In this document: one piece after another, positions 1-13,662 of the stretch
Numbering within the stretch: the stretch's first letter is position 1
How the letters are laid out: every line of letters begins with the position of its first letter
Source: Eledone cirrhosa
Lineage: Eukaryota
DNA: 64,000 bases
Direction of reading: 5' to 3'
Assembly: GCA_964016885.1 (NCBI GenBank)
Contig: OZ024743.1
Span: forward strand, 24,614,001-24,678,000
The notes under the pieces: model-generated
What the model saw: the letters and a program-made list of their open reading frames with translations, nothing else
What the model was told of the DNA's origin: nothing
Databases searched by the model: none
Translations under genes and position numbers: made by a program

Positions 1-2
1 CG

Positions 3-1400
3 GAAACGAATTCACTTCTACTCAGTTTTGATGTGGTAAGCCTTTACACCAACATTACACATGATTTAGGAATAAAGGCGGTTAAATACTGGGTGGAAAA
101 ACATAGAGAAGTGATTCCCATTAGATTCACAGCGCCATTTATATTAGACGCAGTTAAACTTATTCTGGAAAATAACACTTTCTTCTTCAATGGAAAGAAT
201 TACATCCAAATTAGAGGCACAGCGATGGGAACGAAGTTTGCTCCCGTTTACGCGAACTCTGTAATGGGATACTTAGAACAACAACTCTACCAAGAAATAG
301 AGGAAAAATATAGTACTGACTTTAGAAAGTACATTGAAAAATCTTGGAAGAGATACCTTGACGACTGTTTCATCATCTGGACAGAATCTCTAGATACTCT
401 GGATGAGTTCAATATCCTCCTGAATAACCTACACCCATCTCTCCAATTCACAAAAGAGATGAGTAGGACCAAATTACCATTCCTAGATATAATGATAATC
501 AAAAACGACACCACCATTACCACGGATATATATTATAAACACACAGACACCCATCAATATCTGAATTTTAAGTCGTGCCATCCACCTCATACAAAACGCA
601 ACATCCCATACTGCCTAGCCAGAAGAATTTGTACCATTGTAGAAGATACGAATACCAGGTACAAACGCCTAACAGAACTAAGAGAATTTTTGCTCAAACA
701 AAAATACCCATCTCTACTTATAGAAAATGGCATACAGCGGGCTATAAAAATACCTATACAACAACTTAGAACAACCCAAAGAAGAAGAAACCAAGAACTG
801 GTCATACCATTTATAATGACACACAACCCATGTCACCAGAATATCTTCAACACTGCCAAAGCAAACCTACCGATCATTGCTCAAAGTAATGAATTAAAAG
901 GCTTAATCACAGATCGATCTTTGACTCTTAGTAAAAGACAGCCAAAAAATTTGAAGCAATTGCTAACAAAAGCAAAGTTTGACCTTAACAACAAAGACCA
1001 ATCATTCACTGTATCTAAATGCAATGATAATCGATGCGGCACATGTCAATCCATACACGCCGGTCAATATATGAAAACAAAAACTGGAAAAATATTCACA
1101 AATGCAAATATGAACTGCAAAAGCAGAAATCTAATTTACTGCATTAAATGCCCGAATTGTGAAGAACTATATGTCGGTCAAACTGGAAATGCACTATCGG
1201 AACGTGCACGGGTACACCGTCAACAAATCAGAGACCCAAATGTCCGTCAGATACCCCTAAGCGGCCACCTGGCAACATGTGGTCAGGGAATATTTATAAT
1301 ATTCCCATTCTACAAATTACACAGCCCAAATGAAATCAAGAGAAAAATCAAAGAAAAGAATTTTATTGATAAATTCAAACCCAAGCTAAATGAACAATAA
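3..1400 (+). CDS. PLE reverse transcriptase + GIY-YIG endonuclease (5'-partial, frame open from window start)
   Basis: RT motifs SFDVVSLYTNI, QIRGTAMGT, RYLDD, LPFLD and YYKHTD..YL. Linker CNDNRCGTC is a Neptune-type Cys knuckle. GIY-YIG-like segment NLIYCIKCPNCEELYVGQT..R...H. No stops. Confidence 0.93.
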   Translation, partial: ETNSLLLSFDVVSLYTNITHDLGIKAVKYWVEKHREVIPIRFTAPFILDAVKLILENNTFFFNGKNYIQIRGTAMGTKFAPVYANSVMGYLEQQLYQEIEEKYSTDFRKYIEKSWKRYLDDCFIIWTESLDTLDEFNILLNNLHPSLQFTKEMSRTKLPFLDIMIIKNDTTITTDIYYKHTDTHQYLNFKSCHPPHTKRNIPYCLARRICTIVEDTNTRYKRLTELREFLLKQKYPSLLIENGIQRAIKIPIQQLRTTQRRRNQELVIPFIMTHNPCHQNIFNTAKANLPIIAQSNELKGLITDRSLTLSKRQPKNLKQLLTKAKFDLNNKDQSFTVSKCNDNRCGTCQSIHAGQYMKTKTGKIFTNANMNCKSRNLIYCIKCPNCEELYVGQTGNALSERARVHRQQIRDPNVRQIPLSGHLATCGQGIFIIFPFYKLHSPNEIKRKIKEKNFIDKFKPKLNEQ

Positions 1401-1605
1401 TAACGCCTAGGGGTATTACTTCTACTACCACTATGACCACGACCACTAACAACAACAACAACAACAATAATAATAATAATAAAAGTGATGTTGATGGTGA
1501 TGATTAATAGAAAATGCTATTTTCATCATTTCAAAAAAGCAAAACAATTGATACGTTGGATATGACTATTGGTCGTTAGCATGTTCAACCAGCCGTGACG
1601 CTTAA

Positions 1606-1713
1606 ACCAATCAGCTGTAGTAATTCAGTGAAACTACACACTGATTGGTCGAAATACAGTTTACAGGGCTTTGCATTCTGGAGCCACTTTTCTCTGTATA
1701 AAATGTATAAAAG
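1606..1713 (+). promoter_or_regulatory. Putative pLTR promoter: inverted CCAAT pair and TATA boxes
   Basis: ACCAATCAG (1606) and CTGATTGGT (1641-1649) form an inverted repeat. TATAAAA occurs at 1697 and 1706, upstream of the hammerhead. Confidence 0.45.
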
Positions 1714-1775
1714 GTAGGAAATTTACCCATCTCATTACAGTTGAAAATTGCAAACTCGACTGTCACCACATATCA

Positions 1776-1814
1776 TGAACCTGAAGATTGCGAAAGCATG
1801 AAAGTACTTGTTCA
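1776..1814 (+). ncRNA. Minimal type I hammerhead ribozyme in PLE pLTR
   Basis: tgaac-CTGAAGA-t-tgc(gaaa)gca-t-GAAA-gtac-TT-gttca. Stem I is tgaac/gttca, the core is intact, and the stem III region (aagtactt) is palindromic. Confidence 0.8.
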
Positions 1815-2154
1815 ATTAACACTTAGAATTTAATATTCTATCATACTATTTCATTATAATACCATTATATATATTTTAAAGGATTGTAAATAAAACGAGT
1901 AAATCAGACAAAGTTGGAATTCCTCTTATTAATATATATATATATATATGTGTGTATATACATATATTATATTGAAAACATGAGTGTGGATGGTGCTCTG
2001 ACGATCTAGAACTACTGATAAGATGCAAGTACTTTAGTACCACAAATTTCCAGTAGTTTATAAGAACATATGGAAATACAAAACATGATTTTTTTAAATG
2101 TATCTAGAACAAATAAACTTCGACAACGAAAGGATCCGTCTCATACACCACAGC

Positions 2155-2290
2155 CTTCTTCTTCTTCTTCTTCTTCTTCTTCTTCTTCTTCTTCTTCTTC
2201 TTCATCAACTGATCCGGCTGGATCCCCAAGTGTGACCAGCTAAGCTCATAGATGTTATCCAACCATCTTGCTCGACATAATTCCCCAAGA
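2155..2290 (-). mobile_element. RTE-clade LINE 3' fragment with (GAA)n tail
   Basis: Encodes ..RARWLDNIYELSWSHLGIQPDQL, similar to the copy at 8560-9017, followed by a (GAA)n tail. Confidence 0.65.
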
Positions 2291-2302
2291 CCAATAATAT
2301 TA

Positions 2303-2637
2303 ACTTTGTATGTATGTATGGTCCCGTACCTCCAGACTGAGTCGTAGGGGCGCCGCATTGGCATACGGCATTTCTTGGGCAGTTTAAGCCTGGCGGAGCC
2401 CATCCCTCTCCAGGCCTAAGTACAGCAGATTTCTTCCAGAGAAAGATAGAAAGTGAGAGATAGAGGAAATGTAAAAGAGATATAGAGGAAGAATCGACCC
2501 CAGTACTTGACTGGTACTATTTTTATCGACCTCGAAAGGATGGATAAAAGGAAAAGGAAAAGTTCACCTCCGAGAGCTGAAACGAATACCATAAAGCATT
2601 CTATCCGACGTTCTAATGACTCTGCCAATTCGCCCCC
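2303..2637 (-). mobile_element. tRNA-derived SINE, variant with long 3' tail ending in (CATA)n
   Basis: SINE head and core (GTCGATAAAA..GTACCAG) at 2490-2637. The tail is shared with copies at 12310-12587 and 23790-24095. Confidence 0.7.
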
Positions 2638-3042
2638 TAATATTACCAATCGTTTATTTATCTCTACAGACAAGTGTTCTTTCGAGATTGGGGGGTATAG
2701 TAACATACCTAAGAATATTACTAACGAAAAGTGAAATAATTAAAACTTCGAATCGCGGGCTGACTTTTAATTATTTTCCGCTCTGCCAATGCATAAATAA
2801 ATAAATAAATGTCATTATTTTTGGCTAGACATAAGCGGCATAAAAATATCGAATTACTTTGGCTGATAATCTGTCTCCATCGTCATTACTTAGAATTCAT
2901 TTTACCCTACCCTCTGAAAATCAAATGAAATTACTGAATTTTCCTTATAAAATCGTTGGAAGGAAAAAGTGTGTTTACGAGTAAAATAATCGGGATAATA
3001 CTTATACATGTTTTATAGATTCCCGAGGGTGTGTGACATCCG

Positions 3043-3466
3043 CAGACCTGCCAACCTCTAAAATCCCAAACGGGGAGTACCATAAAATAAAGGGCCCCAA
3101 AACAAGGAGAAATGAGGCAAAATGGGGAGATTTTACTTAATGAAAGCTATACCTATTTTCACACGAGAAGACATCTCTCGCCTACCCCAAATGGGTGGGA
3201 GAATCCCCGTCCGACGGGGGAGTTGACAGCAAATAAATGTAAACAACAGCTTATTATTTCTCTGAAGAGGTTTAGTCAACACTCTATGCGTTTAGCTGAA
3301 ACATCATAGTTATGTTATCAGAAAATGAATAATTAAACTTATGTATTTACTTTATTATAAATATTTAATTCTTTCTGACTTGTGGACCACCAACAGAAGA
3401 CATCTCTTGCCCACCCCAAAGTGGGTGCGAGATCTCCCCGTCGGAGAGGGTAAGTTGACCAGTCTG
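3043..3466. mobile_element. Putative hAT-like MITE
   Basis: Imperfect TIRs CAGACCTGCCAAC ... GTTGACCAGTCTG. A subterminal block is duplicated at ~3165-3228 and ~3395-3460. TSD is not clear. Confidence 0.4.
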
Positions 3467-3711
3467 CACCCAGATTTGAACCTCAGAAGGTAGAGGGATG
3501 AAATACTAATACAAAACTCCGTTCGACCATGTTAACCAACGCCATCGCCACCAGTATTGCCACCGGTAACTACTGCAAACATTACAAACGCGTCACTGCT
3601 AAGAAAATACAAACAGATAGTATCGACAGATTTCACAGTCATTAAATACATTGATTGTATTTTAGTAACACTATCTTCTACGAAACAATATAACTATCAG
3701 CACACTCAAAC

Positions 3712-4400
<689 letters not shown>

Positions 4401-4539
4401 ACGCACCATCATACAGACACATCAAGAGACACACGCCAATGCACAACAAAATAACGTATTAACAATGTTGTCTTTGATAACGAAAGACAACAGCTATTTT
4501 AACATTGGTTACGTCTGCGGGTGAATGAATAGATCAGAC

Positions 4540-6125
4540 AAGTACTAAGGATAATCAAAAGTGAGGCTGGCTCTATGAAACTGGTTGTATACATATGTAT
4601 GTATATATGTATGTATATATGTATATGTATATATGGATGGATGGATATATGTGTGTATGTATGTGTGTGTGTATGGATGGATGCATATATTATGTGTGTG
4701 TGTATATATGTATGTATGTAAGTACTGACTCATGGTCGGGTCGTTGGCGACTAAACTGGCAACCCCACCAAGGTTTCTTGGTGAGGAGGGTGACTTTGGA
4801 CATCCTACAGGACTAAAAACAAAACCTGTCAAAGGGCAAAGGAGCTCTTAAGAGTCAATGGCCATCCAAAATCACCGGGAGAGATGACCCCTTAGCCTTT
4901 GTCAAGGCAGAATTCTAGGAGAGGGAAAACTCTGATATAACACCTGCAACCCTGATGGTATCCAATGATGTTGACTTGTTCTTCTTTTTGGTAAATATCA
5001 TCTTGGTTAAGAGAGTGGGACTGGCTTTGTGCAGTGCCTTTGCTCACTATAAAAGCTTCACGGCACAGGCATTGCTTTATATCTGGAGATCTCTCTGCGC
5101 TTGTCATCACATGGTACCATGGGCCCAGCCTTTGTCAAGGCAGAATTCTAGGAGATGGAAAACTCTGATATAACACCTGCAACTCTGATGGTATCCAATG
5201 ATGTTGACTTGTTCTTCTTTTTGGTAAATATCATATTGGTTAAGAGAGTGGGACTGGCTTTGTGCAGTGCCTTTGCTCACTATAAAAGCTTCACGGCACA
5301 GGCATTGCTTTATATCTGGAGATCTCTCTGCACTTGTCATCACATGGTACCATGGGCCCAGCACTATGTGTCAATAATTGTCACAAGTGTAGTGTTTGTA
5401 CCAAAGTTTTCAAGTCGCTGGCTGGACTAAAAAGTCACACTTGTTCAGCGCATCGGTAGGGGTTCTCCTACATGGATATAAAGTAGTGGCCGTACTCGAA
5501 AACGAGTTGGCAGCCACCATGTAAGTACTAAGGATAATCAAAATTGAGGCTAGCTCTATGAAACTGGTTGTATACATATGTATATATGTATGTATGTATA
5601 CATATGTATATATGTATGTATGTATAAATGTATATATGTATGTATGTATAAATGTATATATGGATGGATGGATGGATGGATATATGTATGTATGTGTGTG
5701 TGTATATATGTATGTATGTAAGTACTAACGAAAATCAAAACTGAGACTGGCTCTATGAAACTGGTTGTACACATATGTATATATGTATGTATGTATGTAT
5801 ATATATGTATGTATATATGTATATATGTATGTATGTATATATGTATATATGGATGGATGGATATATGTATGTATGTGTGTATGTATGTGTGTGTGTGTAT
5901 GTATGTATGTATGTATGTATGTATGTGTGTATGGATGGGTGAATGTATATATGTATATATGGATGGATGGATACATGTATGTATGTGTGTATGTATGTGT
6001 GTATGTGTGTATGTATGTGTATGTGTATGGATGGATGCATATATGTATGTGTGTGTGTATATATGTATGTATGTAAGCACTAACGAAAATCAAAACTGAG
6101 ACTGGTTCTATGAAACTGGTTGTAC
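4540..6125 (+). repeat. Tandem composite repeat: ~50 bp conserved block + (TATG)n/(TGGA)n spacer, 4 units
   Basis: aagtactaa(g/c)ga.aatcaaaa.tgag.ctggctctatgaaactggttgta occurs at ~4540, 5523, 5721 and 6075. Confidence 0.8.
4727..5518 (+). mobile_element. Internally deleted (non-autonomous) RTE-type LINE derivative
   Basis: 11-bp TSD ATGTAAGTACT at 4716-4726 and 5519-5529. The 3' end encodes HKCSVCTKVFKSLAGLKSHTCSAHR*, resembling the RTE C-terminal C2H2 finger. Internal 233-bp tandem duplication (4894-5126 / 5127-5360). Confidence 0.65.
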
Positions 6126-7483
<1,358 letters not shown>

Positions 7484-7894
7484 TCGTGTGTCGGCACCGT
7501 CGTCGTTAACTGAACATCAATTGTAGTTCCAGTTCTATCTATTGTATATATACACATGCATTCATCTGAATTAAGTATCATAGATACTGCTTCCGTTGTT
7601 ACAATTGTGGTTGATGTTGTTGACATTATTCTTTTGGGGAGGGCTGGCGGTGATTTTGTCATCTTTTCCCCTTTTTATTTCTTTCATATTGTTAAAGGTC
7701 CCAAGAAGTGTAAGGAGTGTTAGGGTGAGATAGCCGATTCAGTGTTACACCGGATTAAAAAATATGTTACCGTATTTACAATGTGTGTTCAAAAGAATTA
7801 ACTAAAGCAAAATCTTTCCACAATCTGATTTGAATTCTTAGCTTCCCATCTTCCATCTCTTCCATGTTGGGAAGGTACGTACCAGTAATGTAAT

Positions 7895-8240
7895 TATTTC
7901 TACTTATGGCAATTATTCCAATGTATTACTGGTACTTTATTTTATCGATTCCGAAAGGATGAAAGGCAAGTTAACCTCGGCGGGATTTGAACTCAGACTA
8001 TAAAGCGTCTAACTCTTTGCTGCAAAGCGTGGCGTCAGACTCTTTACCGATACTGCCAATCCACCAGTTATATAATGTTTAAAAACTAGACACAAAGCAA
8101 ACAGTTTAGGGGAAGGAGAAAATCGATAAAATAGAACCTCAGTTTTTGACTGGTATTATATTTTATCAACCCTGGAAAGATGAGAAGCAAAGTTGAATTC
8201 GGTGGGATGTAAATTCAGAACGTAAAGAGAAGAAACAAAT
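7895..8240 (-). mobile_element. Two tRNA-derived (Nin-domain-like) SINE copies
   Basis: Reverse complement of GAGTTCAAATCCCGCCGAGGTTAAC..GCCTTTCATCCTT..GTCGATAAAATAAAGTACCAG, seen twice. B-box is present. Confidence 0.75.
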
Positions 8241-8241
8241 A

Positions 8242-8350
8242 CAGTAGAATGTCGGTTCACGAACGCCTCACATTACGAACAAATTGGTTCACGAACAATT
8301 TTTCCGAACATAAAACGTCTCGGTTCTTGAACGTTGTCTCGAGTAACGAA
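8242..8350 (+). mobile_element. Tigger/pogo-like DNA transposon terminal fragment
   Basis: TA|CAGTAGAATGTCGGTTCACGAAC with repeated (T/C)ACGAAC subterminal motifs. Confidence 0.45.
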
Positions 8351-8559
8351 AATGCAAGTTGACAACAACAGATTGCAAGAAACTTGGAGTATCCGTGGGA
8401 AAGCATCAATTGCTGTGTAGTTAGTCAGATTTCGAAAATGAAAACCGTTTTTCTCAAGGATGCACCGTTTCGGAGCCCTTGAGAGACGTACACACATACA
8501 TTCTCATTTATAGTATAGATATATAATACGATCGCGCATACAAAGCCCGAAATTCTTCC

Positions 8560-9017
8560 AAAGGTCTTCCAAAGGTCCTTTGAGTAACTTGCTCAATAGA
8601 GGGTCTAGCTCGCAAATTAAAGAGTCGCTCTCGGTAGAGTTGCTATTTCCCCGAATCGAGATGTCACAGCTGCGATACAACAGACATGTGATCAGAATGT
8701 CTCAGGAAAGAATCGCTGGACAGCTTTCACAGACAAAACCAACTGGCAGGGGACTCAGGGTGGGCCTCCGAGCTAGATGGTTGTATAATATCCATGAGCT
8801 CGGTAGAATATCCATTCTCGCTTGAGAATCCAGCTGGATCAATTGGAGGCGGTTTCTTCTGGCAGGACCCACTGGAAGGAGTGTTTGAGGACTCTGCCTC
8901 CACGACTCCCGCCACCCACCCCCATGAATAAGTGGGCGAAGAAGAAGAAGAAGAAGAAGAAGAAGAAGAAGAAGAAGAAGAAGAAGAAGAAGAAGAAGAA
9001 GAAGAAGAAGAAGAAGA
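8560..9017 (+). mobile_element. RTE-clade LINE 3' end with (GAA)n tail
   Basis: Translates as IKESLSVELLFPRIEMSQLRYNRHVIRMSQERI...PTGR..GLRARW, a degenerate RTE C-terminus (QLRW.GHV.RM). (GAA)n tail at 8938-9017. Confidence 0.75.
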
Positions 9018-9019
9018 GA

Positions 9020-9778
9020 GCGAGCAAGACGAGATTGATAGGAGTGAGTAAGAGGGAAAAGAAAGAAAAATAGAAAAGAAGTGGAGGAAGAATGAATGAG
9101 TTAATGAATATGAATGAATGAGGGAATGAATAAGAGTAGTGTAGGACATAAAATACCAAGAGGTAGCGAGAAGGAAAAACGGGAAAAGAAAATAGAAAAT
9201 AACATTAAAAAGAAGAATAGAAACGAAGTAATAAAAAAAATAATGGGAATGAATGAAATGGTGTATTGAAGGATGTATGGAAGAAGAAACGCTGTACTAT
9301 AATTTTTAAACGAAATATAGAAATACTTAATAAATGAACGAAGTGCATGAGGAAGGGAAAATGAAGAGATAAAGGGAATGAGAATTTTGCACTAAGAAAG
9401 ATATGAAATACTAGGTGTTAGAAGAAAATAAGAATGAAAGAAAAATAGAGAAAGTATAATAGTAAAGAAAGAAAGAAAGAAAGACAGAAAGAAAGAAAGA
9501 AAGAAAAATAATGAAAGAAAGAAAGAAAGAATGAATGAATGAAAGAATAAATTAATGAATGAAAGAAAAAAGAAAGAAAGAAGAAGAACGAAGGTAATGA
9601 AAAGAATGCAAGAAAAAAGAAATGAATGAAAAATGATAGAAAGATGGATAAATGAAAGAAAGGAAGAAAGAAAAATATGAAAGATGAAGGAAATAAAGAT
9701 ATAAATAAAAAAGAAAGAAAGAAAGAAAGTAAGAAAGAAAGAAAGAAAGGAAGAAAGGAAGAAAGAAAAGAAAATATA

Positions 9779-9821
<43 letters not shown>

Positions 9822-9950
9822 GAAAATAAAAAGAAGGGAAAGGGGAGGAACAAAGGAACAAAAAAAAAGAGTAAATGACTAAGATCTGTACTGTATTGAA
9901 AGACAAGGAAAAAGAACGAAAAAAAAGATATTTTAGGAAGCAGAAAAGGA
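9020..9950 (+). repeat. Purine-rich degenerate (GAAA)n tract
   Basis: Direct reading. Confidence 0.85.
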
Positions 9951-10333
9951 AAGCGGAATTTAGTATTATTTACATGAAGTTGGACTGACTCTTTCAGCGA
10001 ATCTTCCTCTTTATTCTATGGGTTAACGCATTCGTAATTCTGTCTGTTGAGACCATGATGCAGCATCAGCCTGAGGATTTGTAAAGGACACAAGAGAATA
10101 TAATATAATCTCTTATGTCCCATTTCTGTTATATTCTGATTTCTATTCAGTCCACTACATTATACTGAAAGAAACACTATGAGAATCGTGTGTGGCATCT
10201 TGGTCAAGCGATTTCACCAGAGTCTTCAGTTGACACAAACCTTGTGAGTAAAAATGAAACAACGGAATTTGTATGGAAGACCGTCGAATGGTTTATGGCT
10301 ATAACTCATAGATCCAGCCTTGTCACATTAGAT

Positions 10334-10980
10334 AATGGTTTCTGAGTTAGGCACAAGGCCAACAATTTTGGGGGAAAGGAAAAGTCGACTAAATCGACCC
10401 CAGTGCATTACTGGTACTTTATTTTATCGACCCCGTAAGGATGAAAGGCAAAGCTAACCTCGGTGGGATTTGAAATCAGAACGTAAAGAGCCATAACTCT
10501 ATGCCGCTAAGCAATTTGTCCGACGCTCTACTGATTCAGCCAATCACCGACCTTGTCACATATAATGGTTTCTGAGTTAGGCACAAGGCCAACAATTTTT
10601 GGGGAAAGGGAAAGTCGATTTAATCGGTACCAGTGTATAACTGGTACTTTATTTTTTCGATCCTGTAAGGATTAAAGGCAAAGCTAACCTCGGTGGGATT
10701 TGAAATCAGAACGTAAAAAGCCATAACTCTATGCCGCTAAGCATGTTGTCCGACGCTCTACCGATTATGCCAATCCGCTGCTCTTGTCACATATAATGAT
10801 TTCTACTTTTGGCACAAGGCCAGCAATTATATCAGTGCATTACTGGTATTTTATTTTATCGACCCCGTAAGGATGAAAGGCAAAGTTAACCTCGGTGGGA
10901 TTTGAACTCAGATCGTAAAGGCCCGTAACTCTATGCTGCAAAGCATGGCGTCCGACCCTCTAACGATACTGCCAATCCAT
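10334..10980 (-). mobile_element. Three head-to-tail Nin-like SINE copies
   Basis: Full-length copies at ~10334-10550, 10563-10780 and 10795-10980, separated by TGTCACAT(A)TAAT. Confidence 0.85.
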
Positions 10981-11617
10981 CAATGTCACATATAATGTCA
11001 CTGTTTCTGCTTGAGAATTGTGTTAAGCCTACACACATTTGTGGAATTCTCAAACACGCATTTATTTAATGCGTAGATAATCCATTTGATCAAACAACTG
11101 AATACTGAGCGTCCAACCCGGTGAAGTATCCAGTACCTGGGCGCTCTATGTGTTAAATATAATAGACTTTTGATCACCTCATTTAATACACAGGGATATG
11201 GTGTATCTGTTCGAAACTGGATACATATAGCACAATATGTTTGTTATCTTAATATTTGTGTTAGTTTCGAAACAACATTGAGGTATCAATTTCTAGTTAG
11301 CTTTTTTTTTTAATTCCCCCTATATATAATAACACTAATATATTTTTTAAACAATTCTATATGTCTAAGACAACTGTTGTACAATCTTTTAAATACATGT
11401 CCCTCGAATAATACACTACTTTTGACTGAAAAACATATCACATTTGATAATGTGCCTTGAAAAAAGACAGGACTGATGGATGGTCAAATAAGAAAGAAAA
11501 AAAATAAAGAAAGAAAGAATTAAGGACATAGTGAATGGAGAAAAAAAAGAAACATAGAAGAACAAAGAGAAGGAATTTATTAATAAATGAAAAAATGAAG
11601 TATGGTAAGAGAAGAAA

Positions 11618-12003
11618 TAATTGTTTCTACTTTTGGCACAAGGCCAGCAATTACCTAGTACATTACTGGTACTTTATTTTATCGACCCCGTAAGGATGAA
11701 AGACAAAGTTAACCTCGACGGCATTTGAACTCAGACCGTAAAGGGACGTAACTATGCTAGAAAGCATGGCGTCCGACCGTCTACCGATACTGCCAATTCA
11801 CCGCCCTAAGAGAAGAACTAATTGTTTCTACATTTGGCACAAGGCCAGCAATTACCCAGTGCATTACTGGTACTTTTATTTTATCGACCACGTAAGGATG
11901 AAAGGCAAAGTTAACCTCGACGGGATTTGAACTCAGACCGTAAAGGGACATAACTATGCTGGAAAGCATGGCGTCCAACCCTCTACCGATACTGCCAATC
12001 CAC
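11618..12003 (-). mobile_element. Two head-to-tail Nin-like SINE copies
   Basis: Copies at 11618-11806 and 11820-12003. TAAGAGAAGAA(A/C)TAAT is repeated at ~11606, 11807 and 12014. Confidence 0.85.
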
Positions 12004-12159
12004 GAAATTCCATCTAAGAGAAGAAATAATGAGAGGTAGATGGGAAGGAAGAAAATTGTGGCATAGAGAATGAAAGCGTAAAAGAGAAGGAATAAAATAA
12101 ATGAATAACTAATAATTTCGTTATTAGCCACTAGAACTGATAGAAATGAATAATTAATT

Positions 12160-13310
12160 CTTTATAACACTGACAGGACCAACAATTCGATTATATTGAC
12201 CTCAGTAATTTACTAGTACTTTATTTTATCGAACTCGATAGGATGAAAGGCAAAGTTAACCTCAGTAGGATTTTTTTTTTTTTAATTACTTACCCCAATC
12301 AAGTCAATGTTTGTAGGTATGGTCCCGTAACTCCAGATAGAGTCGTAGGGGCGCCGCAATGATATACAGCAGATTTCTTCCAGAGAAAGATAGAAAGTGA
12401 AAAAGAGGAAACAAGAAAGAGATATAGAGGAAAAATCGACCCCAGTACTAGACTGGTACTTTTTTTTATCGACCTCGAAAGGATGAAAGACAAAGTTGAC
12501 CTCAGCGGGATTTGAACTTAGAAAGACGGAACGAATACCATAAAGCATTTTATCCGACGTTCTAACGACTCTGCCAATTCCCGCCTATAATCAACGCAAT
12601 AAAGCCACTAAAATACAAATGCTTACCTGAGAACGGAAATGGACAAGACAGTGAGTACATAATTCGAGGAGAGAGAAAATGATTGATGTCACTTTTGAAT
12701 TTTGGCAAATTGTAGTGGTTAGGAAAGTAAAAAGCCGGAAAAGAATTCTCTAGGCGAGATGTGTGATTGGAACTCAGAACGTAAAGAGGAAGAACAAATA
12801 TTGCTGAGCAATTTCTCCGACGTTCTCACGTTTCTGCCCATCCACCGCCCTTAGTAAAAGAATAAGTAATTGTTTTTAACATAGGCACAAGGTCAGCAAT
12901 TTTGGCAGACGAGAAAGATGATTATATCGATGCCAGTACTTTACTGATACTTATTTTAGCGACCTCGAAATAATAATTTCACAAGGCTAGCAACTTTGGG
13001 GGAGGGGAAAGTCGATCAAATCGACCCCAGTGCATTACTGGTACTTTATTTTATCGACCCCGTAAGGATGAAAGGCAAAGCTAACCTCAGCGGGATTTGA
13101 ACTCAGATAGTAAAAAGGCGTAACTCTATGCTGTAAAGTATGGTGTCCGACGCTCTACCGATACTGCCAATCTACCGCCAATCCAGCGACCTTGAAATAA
13201 TGAAAGGCATAACTGAACTCGGCAGGATTTGAACTCAGAACGAAATAACCGAAGCAAATATTGCTAAATATTTTCCCGTCGCTCTAACAATTCTGTCAAT
13301 CCACCGCCCT
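12160..13310 (-). mobile_element. Cluster of about 6 nested or partial SINE copies, including a long-tail variant at 12310-12587
   Basis: Repeated SINE core motifs, all on the minus strand. Confidence 0.7.
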
Positions 13311-13429
13311 AAAAAATTAATAATTAATGAAGCAAGGACTTAATCACTCAACTAACCCATTAAATAGACTGTTGTTGTTCGATTTCCATAGATCCGACGA
13401 AGAGTGTTCCAATTGTCTCAGCAAGGGAA

Positions 13430-13662
13430 TAGACTGCTAAATAGATTAACTTGCACATGACTGAGCATTCCACAGACACGAATAAACAGAACGCAATTCT
13501 CAGGGAGATTCAGCGTAACATAGTGTGTAACACGTTGACTTTCAAATGCAACTCATTTTTTTGCCAGCTGAGAATGTAACAACGGGAACAAAGGACAATA
13601 TGCAGAGCCGGGAATCGAATTCACGAGCATGAGCGGAACACGCTAACCACTGAGTCACGTGT
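13430..13662 (-). mobile_element. Second tRNA-derived SINE family
   Basis: Minus-strand head GTGACTCAGTGGTTAGCG..GAATTCGATTCCCGGC carries A/B boxes. The body is homologous to the + strand fragment at ~10310-10330 / 10985-11120. Confidence 0.6.

Larger units (their letters stand above)
1..1930 (+). mobile_element. Penelope-like retroelement (Neptune-type), 3' portion including pLTR
   Basis: RT plus GIY-YIG ORF, followed by a ~530 bp non-coding tail with paired CCAAT boxes, TATA boxes and a hammerhead motif. It ends at a (TA)n tract at ~1931. Confidence 0.9.
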
